From Gemmatimonadota bacterium (GTDB lineage: Bacteria > Gemmatimonadota > Gemmatimonadetes > Gemmatimonadales > GWC2-71-9): a DNA stretch of 64,000 nucleotides. The position numbers and the translations under genes are program-made. Below are positions 1 to 8,527 of this stretch, piece after piece (position 1 is the first letter of the stretch; each line of letters opens with the position of its first letter). The notes beneath the pieces are model-generated. The model ran no database searches. It was not told where the DNA came from and saw nothing but the letters and a program-made list of their open reading frames with translations. Location: NCBI GenBank assembly GCA_039591615.1, contig JBDHDH010000013.1, positions 39-64,038 on the forward strand. Direction: 5' to 3'.

Positions 1-326
1 AGCACCCCGGCCTCGGCAATCAAGGCCATGCCGAGGACCGGGACGAGGGTCCACCAACGCTCGAGCTTGGGGCTGGTGGCGGGGGAACGCGTGGGCTGGC
101 CGCGACCGTACAGCCACAGGAAGGCGACGAAGACCACCGCGCCGATCACGAGAATAGCCCCCGTGGTGAGAAGCAGGTACCGGATCACACCGTCGACCCC
201 GACCCCGTGCTGCGACGCCACCGGTGGGAGCCAGTTCGTGGCAAACCCGATAACTGTGAAGAGCGCAATCCCGAGAAACAAGAGAATGACGGCGATGATC
301 TCAGCAGTTTGTCGACGTTCATTCAT
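1..326 (-). CDS. cytochrome c oxidase subunit II-like membrane protein, N-terminal part (gene continues beyond window start)
   Basis: Absent from the ORF track because no stop lies inside the window. Reading the reverse strand from ATG at 326-324 gives MNERRQTAEIIAVILLFLGIALFTVIGFATNWLPPVASQHGVGVDGVIRYLLLTTGAILVIGAVVFVAFLWLYGRG... This is two hydrophobic helices around an AS.H...D loop, as in the COX2 TM domain. The + strand ORF 28..453 is an Arg/Pro-rich shadow. Confidence 0.4.
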   Translation of the reverse strand, partial: MNERRQTAEIIAVILLFLGIALFTVIGFATNWLPPVASQHGVGVDGVIRYLLLTTGAILVIGAVVFVAFLWLYGRGQPTRSPATSPKLERWWTLVPVLGMALIAEAGV

Positions 327-576
327 CGGCAGCTCTCGCTCTGCGAGTTTCTCGGTCGGTCGCAGGCCCCACCACTCCCAGCGCCCCCGAATGGGGCCCG
401 TAAGTCCGCCAAGCTGTCGTCTGATACGTGGGGACGCAAGGCCGGCAGGCTGAATGCACAGCGGCGGCGAGCGTGCCACACGCCCGTCCGGGTGCCTGCG
501 GATCCGAGTGAAGATCTCATGAGATTTCTCTGAATCTCGCTCTGGACACTTGACCAATTCTACCAAATATTCAAAA

Positions 577-594
577 TTTTAATGTACGTTAAAA
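577..594. promoter_or_regulatory. near-perfect 18-bp palindrome (candidate TetR operator) inside an AT-rich island, with TTGACC -35-like hexamer at 550-555
   Basis: TTTTAATGTACGTTAAAA pairs at 8 of 9 positions. It lies 22 nt upstream of the TetR start (616) in the only strongly AT-rich stretch of this divergent intergenic region. Confidence 0.4.
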
Positions 595-615
595 TGCCGA
601 GAGAAGGACTCGGGT

Positions 616-1242
616 ATGCCTCGCGGACCGACCGCAACCACGCAATCACCCTACGTGCGCAGGAAGCGCCGCCAGCGGCGCATGGAGATCCTCCACGCCG
701 CCCTCCGCGCCTTCAACGAGAAGGGCTATCACGCGACCACGTTGGACGACATCGCGGAACATCTCGGCGTCCGGAAGACGGCCCTGTATCACTACTTTCC
801 CGACAAAGAAGCCATCCTCTTCGAGAGCCATCGCGAATCCCTCGCGGAATTGGAACGACATTTTGGAGAGGCACGGGAGCGATTCGAGAGGGCGCCGGAT
901 CGCTTACGCTACATCATCCGCGAGCACGTCCGTGTCATGACCGACACGCTCGAAGGCTCGCCGTTGGCGTTCGAGATTCCCGCGCTCTCCCCGAAGCATC
1001 AGAACAAGATCGTCGCCGGTCGCGACCGCTACGAACAGGGATTACGGCAGATCATCACCGATGGAATCGAGCGTGGTGACTTCCGTAAGACTGATCCGAG
1101 AATCGCGACTTTTGCCATCCTTGGCGCCATCAACTGGATCGCCCGATGGTATCGACCCGAAGGATCGCTCCACGCTCCCGAACTGGGAGACGCATTTGCT
1201 GAACACCTGGTAGGAGGCCTCACATGCCGGCGGGCACGCTGA
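616..1242 (+). CDS. TetR/AcrR family transcriptional regulator
   Basis: N-terminal HTH ...EILHAALRAFNEKGYHATTLDDIAEHLGVRKTALYHYFPDKEAIL is a typical TetR_N. The length is 208 aa. The 3' end overlaps the next gene by 19 nt. Confidence 0.9.
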   Translation: MPRGPTATTQSPYVRRKRRQRRMEILHAALRAFNEKGYHATTLDDIAEHLGVRKTALYHYFPDKEAILFESHRESLAELERHFGEARERFERAPDRLRYIIREHVRVMTDTLEGSPLAFEIPALSPKHQNKIVAGRDRYEQGLRQIITDGIERGDFRKTDPRIATFAILGAINWIARWYRPEGSLHAPELGDAFAEHLVGGLTCRRAR

Positions 1243-2288
1243 CTCGAGAGTTCGTTCCACGTACGGCGGACTCATTCGCATTTCGCGACATCCTCTACCG
1301 CAAGAGTGATCAGGTCGCGTGGATCACCATCAACCGTCCGAATCTGTACAACGCCTACTCCACCATGGCTCTGGAGGAGATCGCCACGGCGTTTCGGGAC
1401 GCCAGCTTCGACGACGGCGTCGGTGTCATTGTCTTCACCGGAGCGGGAGACCGCGCATTCTGTACCGGTGGCGACGTGAAGGAGTATGCCGACAAATACG
1501 TGTCGACACCGAGGGATTACTGGAAGTACATGGCGCTCTTTCGAGCGTACATCGAAAGCATCCTCAACACCGGCAAGCCGGTGGTGGCTCGACTCAACGG
1601 CATGGCCGTGGGTGGCGGCAACGAGAGTCAACTCGCCTGCGACCTCACCGTGATGGCGCAACACACGTACATCAAGCAGGTGGGAACCCACGTCGGATCG
1701 GTGGCCTGCGGCGGGTCGACGCAGTGGCTCCCCATCACCGTAGGCGACAAACGCGCCCGGGAGATCCTCTTCCTCAACGAGCCCATCCCCGCCGACAAAG
1801 CCCTCGAGTGGGGGCTGGTGAACTGGGTGGTGCCGTCCGTCCGCCGGGGCGATACCTGGATCGAACGCGCATCGGCGCAGGAGATTCGCAAGGCCCAGCG
1901 AGGCGAAGACGGCTATAGCATCGACCTGACCAAGCTCGACGAGTTCGTGACCGACCTCTGTGCCCGACTTCTCGCGTCGTTCCCCGAGTGCACGCGGTAC
2001 ACGAAACAACAGTTGAACTTCTGGAAAGACCTCGCCTGGCATTCGACCGTGCGGCACGCACAGGACTGGCTCTCCCTGCATTACACCTGCTGGGAGCCCG
2101 TGGAGGGAATGCAGGCGTTCGTCGAAAAGCGAAAGGCCCGTTACGGGATGCTGCGCGAGCGCGCTGCCGACGGTCTGGCCAGCGAAACGCCTTGGGGCGC
2201 TTTCGTCCGACAGTGTGGCTCGTGCAACGCGAAGAATCTTCCGGCCAACCACGAATACTGCGGCGCATGCGGCCGACCGCTCTCGTAA
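1224..2288 (+). CDS. crotonase-superfamily enzyme, MenB/BadI/Oah(BamA)-like candidate ring-cleaving hydrolase, with C-terminal CxxC..CxxC tail
   Basis: Crotonase motifs FTGAGDRAFCTGGDVKEY and NGMAVGGGNESQLACDL. NLYNAYST resembles the QYNSYTT region I recall from BamA. At 354 aa it is longer than a plain hydratase. It ends in CGSCNAKNLPANHEYCGACGRPLS. Confidence 0.7.
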   Translation: MPAGTLTREFVPRTADSFAFRDILYRKSDQVAWITINRPNLYNAYSTMALEEIATAFRDASFDDGVGVIVFTGAGDRAFCTGGDVKEYADKYVSTPRDYWKYMALFRAYIESILNTGKPVVARLNGMAVGGGNESQLACDLTVMAQHTYIKQVGTHVGSVACGGSTQWLPITVGDKRAREILFLNEPIPADKALEWGLVNWVVPSVRRGDTWIERASAQEIRKAQRGEDGYSIDLTKLDEFVTDLCARLLASFPECTRYTKQQLNFWKDLAWHSTVRHAQDWLSLHYTCWEPVEGMQAFVEKRKARYGMLRERAADGLASETPWGAFVRQCGSCNAKNLPANHEYCGACGRPLS

Positions 2289-2980
2289 CCGGTGCCAGCG
2301 GAGGGATCGGCCGCGCCATCACGAAGGCGCTTGCTCGAGATGCAACCGTCGTCGCGTTGGACCGCACCTTCACCGATCCTCTTCAGGCGGCGAGCCGGGC
2401 GGTCGAGGTCGACGTAGCGAACGCCGCGGCGGTGATGAGCGCGATAGGAAAAGTCGGTGCCGAGCTGGGAGCGATCGACTGGGTCGTGTGCGCTGCAGGG
2501 ATCATCCGCGACCGGGTGAGCTGGAAGATGACCGACGAGGAATGGTCCAGCGTCATCGACGTCAATCTCACGGGGGTCTTCAACACCGCCCGCGCGGTGA
2601 CCCCGTTCCTTCGAAAGTCTTCAGCGGGACGCCTCGTGTTCATCGGCTCCATCAACGGAACGCGCGGGCGTTTCGGACAGGCGAACTACACGGCGGCGAA
2701 GGCAGGGTTGGTCGGACTCGCGCGAACGCTCGCTCTCGAGCTGGCCAGGGACCAGATCACGGTGAACGTGGTGAGTCCTGGCTTCATCGATACGCCAATG
2801 ACACGGTCGCTCCCGGCTGACCTGCAGGACCGAGCCGTCGCCCGCACGCCCCTGCGCCGAGCCGGATGTCCCGACGACGTGGCGGCCGCAGTCAGATTCC
2901 TGTGCAGTGCAGACGCGGGTTTCATCACTGGGACCGTTCTCCCCGTGGATGGAGGACAGCTCCTGGGGGAGGTGGCTTGA
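2267..2980 (+). CDS. short-chain dehydrogenase/reductase (FabG/BadH-like 3-oxo/hydroxyacyl reductase)
   Basis: Start chosen at the internal ATG giving MRPTALVTGASGGIGRAI (TGxxxGxG). The catalytic YTAAK motif is present. The upstream part of ORF 1988..2980 overlaps the crotonase and is Arg-rich noise. Confidence 0.85.
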   Translation: MRPTALVTGASGGIGRAITKALARDATVVALDRTFTDPLQAASRAVEVDVANAAAVMSAIGKVGAELGAIDWVVCAAGIIRDRVSWKMTDEEWSSVIDVNLTGVFNTARAVTPFLRKSSAGRLVFIGSINGTRGRFGQANYTAAKAGLVGLARTLALELARDQITVNVVSPGFIDTPMTRSLPADLQDRAVARTPLRRAGCPDDVAAAVRFLCSADAGFITGTVLPVDGGQLLGEVA

Positions 2981-2982
2981 GT

Positions 2983-3741
2983 ATGGCAGTCCGGACATCG
3001 ATCGACGACGGCATCGGGCACTTGGTGCTCAGTCACCCGCCCCTCAACATCCTGACTCGGGACGTCCTGCAGGCTATTCGCGGGGAGCTGGATCGACTCG
3101 CAAAAGAGCCGTCGCTGCGCGTCCTCTTGTTGAGCGCGGACGGAAAGCACTTTTCGGCGGGCGCTTCCGTGGAGGAGCACTTGCCGCCGCAGCACAAGGA
3201 GCTCATTCCGGAGTTCATGAACACCGTGGCCGAGCTCGATGCGTTCCCGCTCCCGGTCGTGGCGGCAGCGCAAGGGCGCTGTCTCGGGGGCGGATTCGAG
3301 CTCGTGCTCGCTGCGGACATCATCATTGCTGCCGAGGGGGCGACCTTCGGTCAACCGGAGATCCTCCTCGGCGTCGTGCCGCCAGCAGCGTGCGCCATGC
3401 TCCCTTATCTCACCTCCCGCAGCGTTGCGGCGGAGCTGGTGTATACGGGAGAGCCCTTGAATGCGCACGATGCACGAGAGGCCGGGCTCGTCGCCCATGT
3501 GGTCGCGGCCGACGAGCTCGAACGGGAGGCCCTTGCCTTCGCGCGGCGTATCGCCGCACGCAGCGCAGCCGCCCTGCGACTGGCGAAACGGACGATGCGG
3601 GGCCACGAGCGCACAGAGCGGGCGAATGAATTCGCTCGGGCATGCTACCTCTACACGGGAGCGTTGATGCAAACGCAGGACGCCCTCGAGGGGCTCAACG
3701 CCTTCATGGAAAAACGCCAGCCCGTCTGGAGCCACCGGTGA
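2983..3741 (+). CDS. enoyl-CoA hydratase/isomerase family protein (candidate dienoyl-CoA / cyclohexenoyl-CoA hydratase, Dch/BadK-like)
   Basis: Start at ATG 2983 (MAVRTSIDDGIGHLVLSHPPLN). Crotonase motifs FSAGASVEEH and GGGFELVLAADIIIAAEGATFGQPE. About 252 aa. Confidence 0.8.
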   Translation: MAVRTSIDDGIGHLVLSHPPLNILTRDVLQAIRGELDRLAKEPSLRVLLLSADGKHFSAGASVEEHLPPQHKELIPEFMNTVAELDAFPLPVVAAAQGRCLGGGFELVLAADIIIAAEGATFGQPEILLGVVPPAACAMLPYLTSRSVAAELVYTGEPLNAHDAREAGLVAHVVAADELEREALAFARRIAARSAAALRLAKRTMRGHERTERANEFARACYLYTGALMQTQDALEGLNAFMEKRQPVWSHR

Positions 3742-3745
3742 ACGA

Positions 3746-3788
3746 CAGTGAGCAGTGAGCAGTGAGCAGTCAAACAATTAGCAGTGAG
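3746..3788. repeat. heptanucleotide tandem repeat (CAGTGAG)3 plus degenerate units, directly after the stop codon at 3739-3741
   Basis: cagtgag cagtgag cagtgag cagtcaa acaatta g cagtgag. The TGA triplets fall in all three frames. Confidence 0.9.
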
Positions 3789-3810
3789 AAGTCGACAGGG
3801 GTACTGAGCC

Positions 3811-4995
3811 GTGATGAGTAACCGCACGATCGAGACCGACGTCTTCCCGGAGTGGCGGGGAGGCTCTTTGGACGAAGTCCTCTACCAATGCCGCGAGCTC
3901 TTGGAGGACACGAGCTTTCCCACCGTCAGCCGGTGGCGCGCCAACGGCGGGAAGGTCCTCGGCCACTTCCAGGTCTACTTCCCCGAGGAGATCGCCCACG
4001 CGGCCGGTCTCCTACCCTTCAAAGTCCGAGGCGCGCCCATCGAGCCGGTCCACTCGGATTCACGCTTCGGATCGTACCTCTGCTCCATTCTCAAGACCTC
4101 GCTCGAGTTGGCGCTGAGCAACGTTGTGGAACTCGAGATGTTCGTCACCCATCCCATCTGCGACGCCGCGCGAAATCTCGCTGGCGTGTGGGGACGTAAC
4201 GTCTCGTACCCGTGTCAGATCCTCTACCTCCCACAGAACGCCAACTCAGGCCACACCGTCACCTACCTCCGAGACGAGTACGACCGGCTCCGGCGAGCCA
4301 TCGAGGAGGTGGCGGGGCGAAAGGTGACCGACGAACACCTCCGACGGTCCACCGGGGAATTCAACCAGAACAGACAGCTCCTGCGCGACCTCTACGCCAT
4401 CAAGCGCGAGACGCCATGGCTTGTTTCCATCGACGAGGCATTCGTACTCGTCGCCGTTGGGGGTCTCATTCCCCGGGAAGAGCACAATGCGTTGTTGCGC
4501 ACCTCACTACCACTGATCCGCGAGCGGGCCGCGAGGCGTCAGGACAAGATCCGCGTGGTGTTCGAGGGCGGATTCTGCGAGCAACCTCCTCTCGATCTGA
4601 TTCGGGCGATTGGACGGTCTTGCTACGTCGTGGATGACGACTTGCTCGTCGGCCTGCGGTGGATCACCGAGGACGTACCGCTGAATGGTGATCCCCTCCA
4701 TAATCTCGCGGAGGCATACATCGAACGATCAGCGCACAGCCCGGTGCAACACGATCTTCGAAAACCGAAGGAGCGAATGCTCCTCGAGCGCATCCAGAAG
4801 TCCCGCGCGCAGGCCGCCATCGTCACGGCTGCCAAGATGTGTGAACCGGGCCTCGAGGAACAAGTCGTCAACACCCGGACGCTGGATCAGGCGAACATTC
4901 CCTATTTCGTGAGCGAGTTCGAGGAGAACATGACCAGCTTCGATCACCTCGAGATCCAGCTCGAGACATTCGTAGAGAACTTGCTTTTCGACTAG
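3811..4995 (+). CDS. benzoyl-CoA reductase / 2-hydroxyacyl-CoA dehydratase family, smaller catalytic subunit (BcrC/BadD/BzdN-type)
   Basis: The 394-aa size and sequence style ([22 protein letters not shown]..., [18 protein letters not shown]) fit the HgdB/BcrC family. It is followed by the partner subunit and two ATPase genes. ATG at 3814 is an alternative start. Confidence 0.75.
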   Translation: MMSNRTIETDVFPEWRGGSLDEVLYQCRELLEDTSFPTVSRWRANGGKVLGHFQVYFPEEIAHAAGLLPFKVRGAPIEPVHSDSRFGSYLCSILKTSLELALSNVVELEMFVTHPICDAARNLAGVWGRNVSYPCQILYLPQNANSGHTVTYLRDEYDRLRRAIEEVAGRKVTDEHLRRSTGEFNQNRQLLRDLYAIKRETPWLVSIDEAFVLVAVGGLIPREEHNALLRTSLPLIRERAARRQDKIRVVFEGGFCEQPPLDLIRAIGRSCYVVDDDLLVGLRWITEDVPLNGDPLHNLAEAYIERSAHSPVQHDLRKPKERMLLERIQKSRAQAAIVTAAKMCEPGLEEQVVNTRTLDQANIPYFVSEFEENMTSFDHLEIQLETFVENLLFD

Positions 4996-5021
4996 CATGA
5001 GACACCGGTCTGCCACCACGT

Positions 5022-5099
5022 CCACCGATCCCACTGTTCCCACCGATTCACTGGGGACGGTCGAGGGAGGCGGCGGATCGGGCGGGATCGGCGGAACAG
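5022..5099. repeat. inverted/direct repeat structure in the spacer between the two large reductase subunit genes
   Basis: CCACCGATC occurs twice (5022-, 5040-) and is answered by GATCGGGCGG / GATCGGCGG (5077-, 5087-). CTGTTCC (5033-5039) pairs with GGAACAG (5093-5099). Confidence 0.5.
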
Positions 5100-5115
5100 G
5101 CAGAGGAGACCACAG

Positions 5116-6456
5116 ATGAGCAAAGCCGCGCACACCGACACCATTGTCGGGCGAGGAAACCGAGATGGCGCTCGTCTCTTTCGCGAGTGGTTCACGGGCC
5201 TTGGCCAGGCGGCCGCCGAGGAACGCCCCGCCGCGTACGTGTTCGTGATGGGCAGCATGGTCGAGCTGCTTCGGGTGTTCGACCTCCCGATCGTCTTTCC
5301 GGAGATCAACTCCCTTCAGACGGCGGTGCGGCGTGTGGCCCATGAGTATCTCGACGAAGCGGAGGACTACGGCTATTCACCTGACATCTGTGGGTATGTA
5401 AAGGCAGATGTCGCCACACAGCTGCGTGGCGGCGAACACCCCATGGGGCGGATCCCCAAGCCATCCATCGCCGTCTACACGAATGCCTGTAACACCTACA
5501 TCAAGTGGGCTGAGATCTGGGAACGGATGTATCAGATCCCGCTCTTCACCCTGGACATACCGGGAACCCGTGAAGCGGGTGCGCAGACCTGGCCCGGCGA
5601 AGAGGATTTCGAGCGCGATCGCCGCTACGTCGAAGGACAGATTAGGGAACTGATTCCCATGTGCGAGACCGTGTCTGGCATACCGTTCGACATCGATCGA
5701 CTCCGCGAGACCATGGAGCATGCCAACACCATGAGCCGGGCATGGAAGCGTTTGTTGGAGTTGAACCGGAGCAGGCCGTCGGTCTTCAGTGCGCTTTCCG
5801 AAGGAACCATCTATCTGGGCGTGTCGAATGGATTCCGAGGCTCCTCGGCTGGAGCCTCGTACTTCGAGGATCTCGTCGAGGAGATGGAATACAAGGTCGA
5901 TCACGGGATCGGTACGCTCACAGATGAGCGCTTTCGCTTGGTTTTTGTCGGCGTCCCCTGCTACCCGATTTTCCGGCGCTTCAACGAGCTCTTCACCGAG
6001 TGGGGGGGAACGTTCGTGAACTCCACGTACCTGTGGTTTGCCTCGGGTGGCTCCAACGTGGGCTTCGAGTACGACCTGGCTCGCCCCTTGCAGAGTTTGG
6101 CGGAAGGGGTGCTCATCAGTGTCCGGGACGCGATGGACAGCATGTTCTTTCAAACCCAGCTGCTGGCCGACATGATCGACACTCATCAAATCGATGGTGT
6201 CGTATTTCACCCTATCAAGAGCTGCCGCACCGTCTCCACGGGGTTGGCCGACAATCGCCGAGCGCTCATGGAACTGCGGGATGTTCCCAGCCTGTTTATC
6301 GAGTCTGACATGATGGACCGTCGCGTCGTATCGGAAGCCCAGCTCAAGAACCGGATCGATGCGTTCTTCGAGGGACTTCACTCCCGTGGGCAGCACGCCG
6401 CCCATGCCGAACAGGCGGCGGCGCGGGCCGAGGGTCGGCCCGATGGCACAGACTAG
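5116..6456 (+). CDS. benzoyl-CoA reductase / 2-hydroxyacyl-CoA dehydratase family, larger catalytic subunit (BcrB/BadE/BzdO-type)
   Basis: 446 aa, with VFVMGSMVELLRVFDLPIVFPEINSLQ, YSPDICGYVKADV, YTNACNTYIKW and HPIKSCRTVSTG, typical of the HgdA/BcrB family. Confidence 0.75.
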   Translation: MSKAAHTDTIVGRGNRDGARLFREWFTGLGQAAAEERPAAYVFVMGSMVELLRVFDLPIVFPEINSLQTAVRRVAHEYLDEAEDYGYSPDICGYVKADVATQLRGGEHPMGRIPKPSIAVYTNACNTYIKWAEIWERMYQIPLFTLDIPGTREAGAQTWPGEEDFERDRRYVEGQIRELIPMCETVSGIPFDIDRLRETMEHANTMSRAWKRLLELNRSRPSVFSALSEGTIYLGVSNGFRGSSAGASYFEDLVEEMEYKVDHGIGTLTDERFRLVFVGVPCYPIFRRFNELFTEWGGTFVNSTYLWFASGGSNVGFEYDLARPLQSLAEGVLISVRDAMDSMFFQTQLLADMIDTHQIDGVVFHPIKSCRTVSTGLADNRRALMELRDVPSLFIESDMMDRRVVSEAQLKNRIDAFFEGLHSRGQHAAHAEQAAARAEGRPDGTD

Positions 6457-6492
6457 GCGCCCTTCAATCATGAATCGCTGACCGAGGGAACC

Positions 6493-7305
6493 ATGGCATA
6501 CGCAGCCGGAGTGGATGTCGGCTCGACGCAAACCAAAGCCGTCATCATCAGCGAACAGCGAGTGATCATCGGAAGGGCATTGACGGACACGGGCGCCAAC
6601 GTGATTCGCGCTGCCGAGAGCTCGTTCCAGGAAGCGCTCCGCAATGGTGACGTGCGGGAGGAAGAGGTGGAGTACGTCGTGGGGACCGGTTACGGCCGCT
6701 ACAAGGTGACGTTCGGAAACACGCAGGTGACGGAGATCAGCTGCCACGGCCGCGGAGCCGTGCACATGTTCCCGAAGACCCGAACGGTGCTCGACATGGG
6801 CGGGCAAGACACCAAAGCGATCCGCGTATCAACAGGCGGCGAGATCCTCGATTTTTGCATGAACGACAAATGCGCGGCCGGCACCGGACGGTTCTTGGGG
6901 GCGGCGTCGAGCGCCCTGGACATCCCGCTGAACGACCTCGGACCGACGGCACTGCAGGGGGAACGCCCGGTGAAGATCAGTACCACGTGTACGGTATTCG
7001 CCGAATCCGAGGTCCTTTCGTGGCTCGGGAAGGGTAAGAAGATCGAGGACATCCTCTTGGGCGTCCATCAATCCATTGCCAGCCGATCGGTCGGATTGCT
7101 CCGGCGAGTCGGCATCGAGGAGGACGTGACCTTCACAGGAGGCGTGGCCCGAAACGTGGCAATGATCGGGGCGTTGAGCCAGCGCCTCGGTCTGTCGGTC
7201 AATGTGAGTGTCGAGTCTCACTTCATGGGCGCACTCGGTGCGGCATTGTTTGCGCTGGACCACATCCTGTCGAGCCGCGCACCCGCTCACGCCGCACGGG
7301 GATAA
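6493..7305 (+). CDS. BadF/BadG/BcrA/BcrD-type ATPase (electron-activating subunit 1 of the reductase)
   Basis: Acetate/sugar-kinase fold motifs [13 protein letters not shown] and [10 protein letters not shown]. Cluster-bridging Cys motifs [13 protein letters not shown] and [17 protein letters not shown] is also present. Confidence 0.85.
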   Translation: MAYAAGVDVGSTQTKAVIISEQRVIIGRALTDTGANVIRAAESSFQEALRNGDVREEEVEYVVGTGYGRYKVTFGNTQVTEISCHGRGAVHMFPKTRTVLDMGGQDTKAIRVSTGGEILDFCMNDKCAAGTGRFLGAASSALDIPLNDLGPTALQGERPVKISTTCTVFAESEVLSWLGKGKKIEDILLGVHQSIASRSVGLLRRVGIEEDVTFTGGVARNVAMIGALSQRLGLSVNVSVESHFMGALGAALFALDHILSSRAPAHAARG

Positions 7306-7307
7306 CC

Positions 7308-8144
7308 ATGACGTACACCGCCGGAATCGACATCGGTTCGACGTACACCAAGGCTGTGATACTCAGTGAGCAGCATGACATCGTGGGCCGTGCGATGCAG
7401 CCGACGGGCTTTCGCTTGGCCGAAACCACCGAGCATACCTATCGCTCGGCCCTCGAAGCAGCATCCCTCGACGATGACAAGGTCGCCTATATCGTGGCGA
7501 CTGGCTTCGGGCGACACCAGACCGAGATCAGCAACATCCACGCGACCGATCTGACGGCCGCCGCCCGCGGAGCCACGTTCTTCTATCCCCAGACTAGGAC
7601 GATCCTCGATGTCGGGGGCCAGACGATGAAGGCCAGCCGGCTGGATGAGCACGCGAAAGTGAAATCGTTCCGTCTCAACGACAAGTGCGCAGCAGGAACC
7701 GGCGCATTCTTAGAAAAGACGGCTCGGTACATGGGATACACCACCGAGGAAATCGGTCCGCTCGTCACGACCTCAAAGGAGGCAATCCCCATCTCCGGAG
7801 TCTGTGCGGTTTTCGCTGAATCCGAGGTGATCAATCACCTCTCGCAGGGAGTCGCGCCAGCAGACATCATGCACGGTGCGATCGTCTCACTAGTCGGGCG
7901 GTCCGTGCAGCTCATGAAGCGAGTTCGGATGGAACCGGAGTTTACGCTCGTCGGAGGGATTCTACGCTTCGAGCGCATGGTCAAGGTCGTGGCGAACGAG
8001 ATCGGAGCCGCCGTCAACGTCCCGCCGGGCGACCTCGTCCAATACGTTGCGGCACTCGGTGCCGCCCTGTTGGGACGTCGGCGGCTGGAGAAGCTCCAAA
8101 GAGACGGAACGGGCTCTCAGCGCACAGCAGCGGTCGAGGGGTAG
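7308..8144 (+). CDS. BadF/BadG/BcrA/BcrD-type ATPase (electron-activating subunit 2, paralog of the preceding gene)
   Basis: [48 protein letters not shown]. The start lies 2 nt after the previous stop. Confidence 0.85.
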   Translation: MTYTAGIDIGSTYTKAVILSEQHDIVGRAMQPTGFRLAETTEHTYRSALEAASLDDDKVAYIVATGFGRHQTEISNIHATDLTAAARGATFFYPQTRTILDVGGQTMKASRLDEHAKVKSFRLNDKCAAGTGAFLEKTARYMGYTTEEIGPLVTTSKEAIPISGVCAVFAESEVINHLSQGVAPADIMHGAIVSLVGRSVQLMKRVRMEPEFTLVGGILRFERMVKVVANEIGAAVNVPPGDLVQYVAALGAALLGRRRLEKLQRDGTGSQRTAAVEG

Positions 8145-8152
8145 GCACAACC

Positions 8153-8524
8153 GTGGACGACCAGAGAGCGAAGGATCCGACACCGCAAGAGATGGCACGA
8201 GACGCCGCCAAGCGGCTGGGCTTGGTCGTCGAACAGGAGGCTCGACGGACCTTCACCGAGACACAGCTGGCTCCCGATCCGGCCCGTGTGGCAGCTGGCT
8301 GGGAGCGCCGCTTCGTGACCGACGCGACACGCGCGCACGAGGCAATGGACCTCTACGAGGAGCTGGGCTACGAGGTATGTGCCGATCCGGTTCAGGCCGA
8401 ATCGCTCGAGGATGAATGTCGTGACTGTTGGCTGGTAACGCAGCTTCGGTTCGTGACGATCTACACGAGGAAGAAAGGGCGGGAAGGGCATGAGGGAACT
8501 AAGGGGCATGGTGCGGGAGGCTGA
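8153..8524 (+). CDS. hypothetical protein, operon-embedded (no family recognised)
   Basis: 123-aa ORF wedged 8 nt after the ATPase gene and 3 nt before the ADH gene. It has only three Cys (YEVCADP, EDECRDCW), so it is not a 2x[4Fe-4S] ferredoxin. Confidence 0.55.
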   Translation: MDDQRAKDPTPQEMARDAAKRLGLVVEQEARRTFTETQLAPDPARVAAGWERRFVTDATRAHEAMDLYEELGYEVCADPVQAESLEDECRDCWLVTQLRFVTIYTRKKGREGHEGTKGHGAGG

Positions 8525-8527
8525 TCG

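Noticed and set aside
5377-6807. Very long antisense ORFs opposite well-supported genes. Examples are 1272-2252(-), 5377-6807(-), 21531-22739(-), 39089-39673(-), 53387-54019(-), 57856-58647(+), 59730-60569(+) and 60852-62504(+).
   Set aside because: Their translations are Arg/Pro/Gly/His-rich low-complexity strings with no domain signatures. They lie exactly opposite genes with clear family motifs. This is the usual stop-codon-poor shadow-frame effect of GC-rich DNA.
3811-8144. Alternative reading of the four-gene block as a 2-hydroxyacyl-CoA dehydratase with its activator.
   Set aside because: Not fully excluded. Dehydratase systems use one activator gene (a homodimer). Here two distinct paralogous ATPase genes sit side by side, and ring-pathway-type hydratase, dehydrogenase and hydrolase genes flank them. 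A phylogeny is needed for a final decision.
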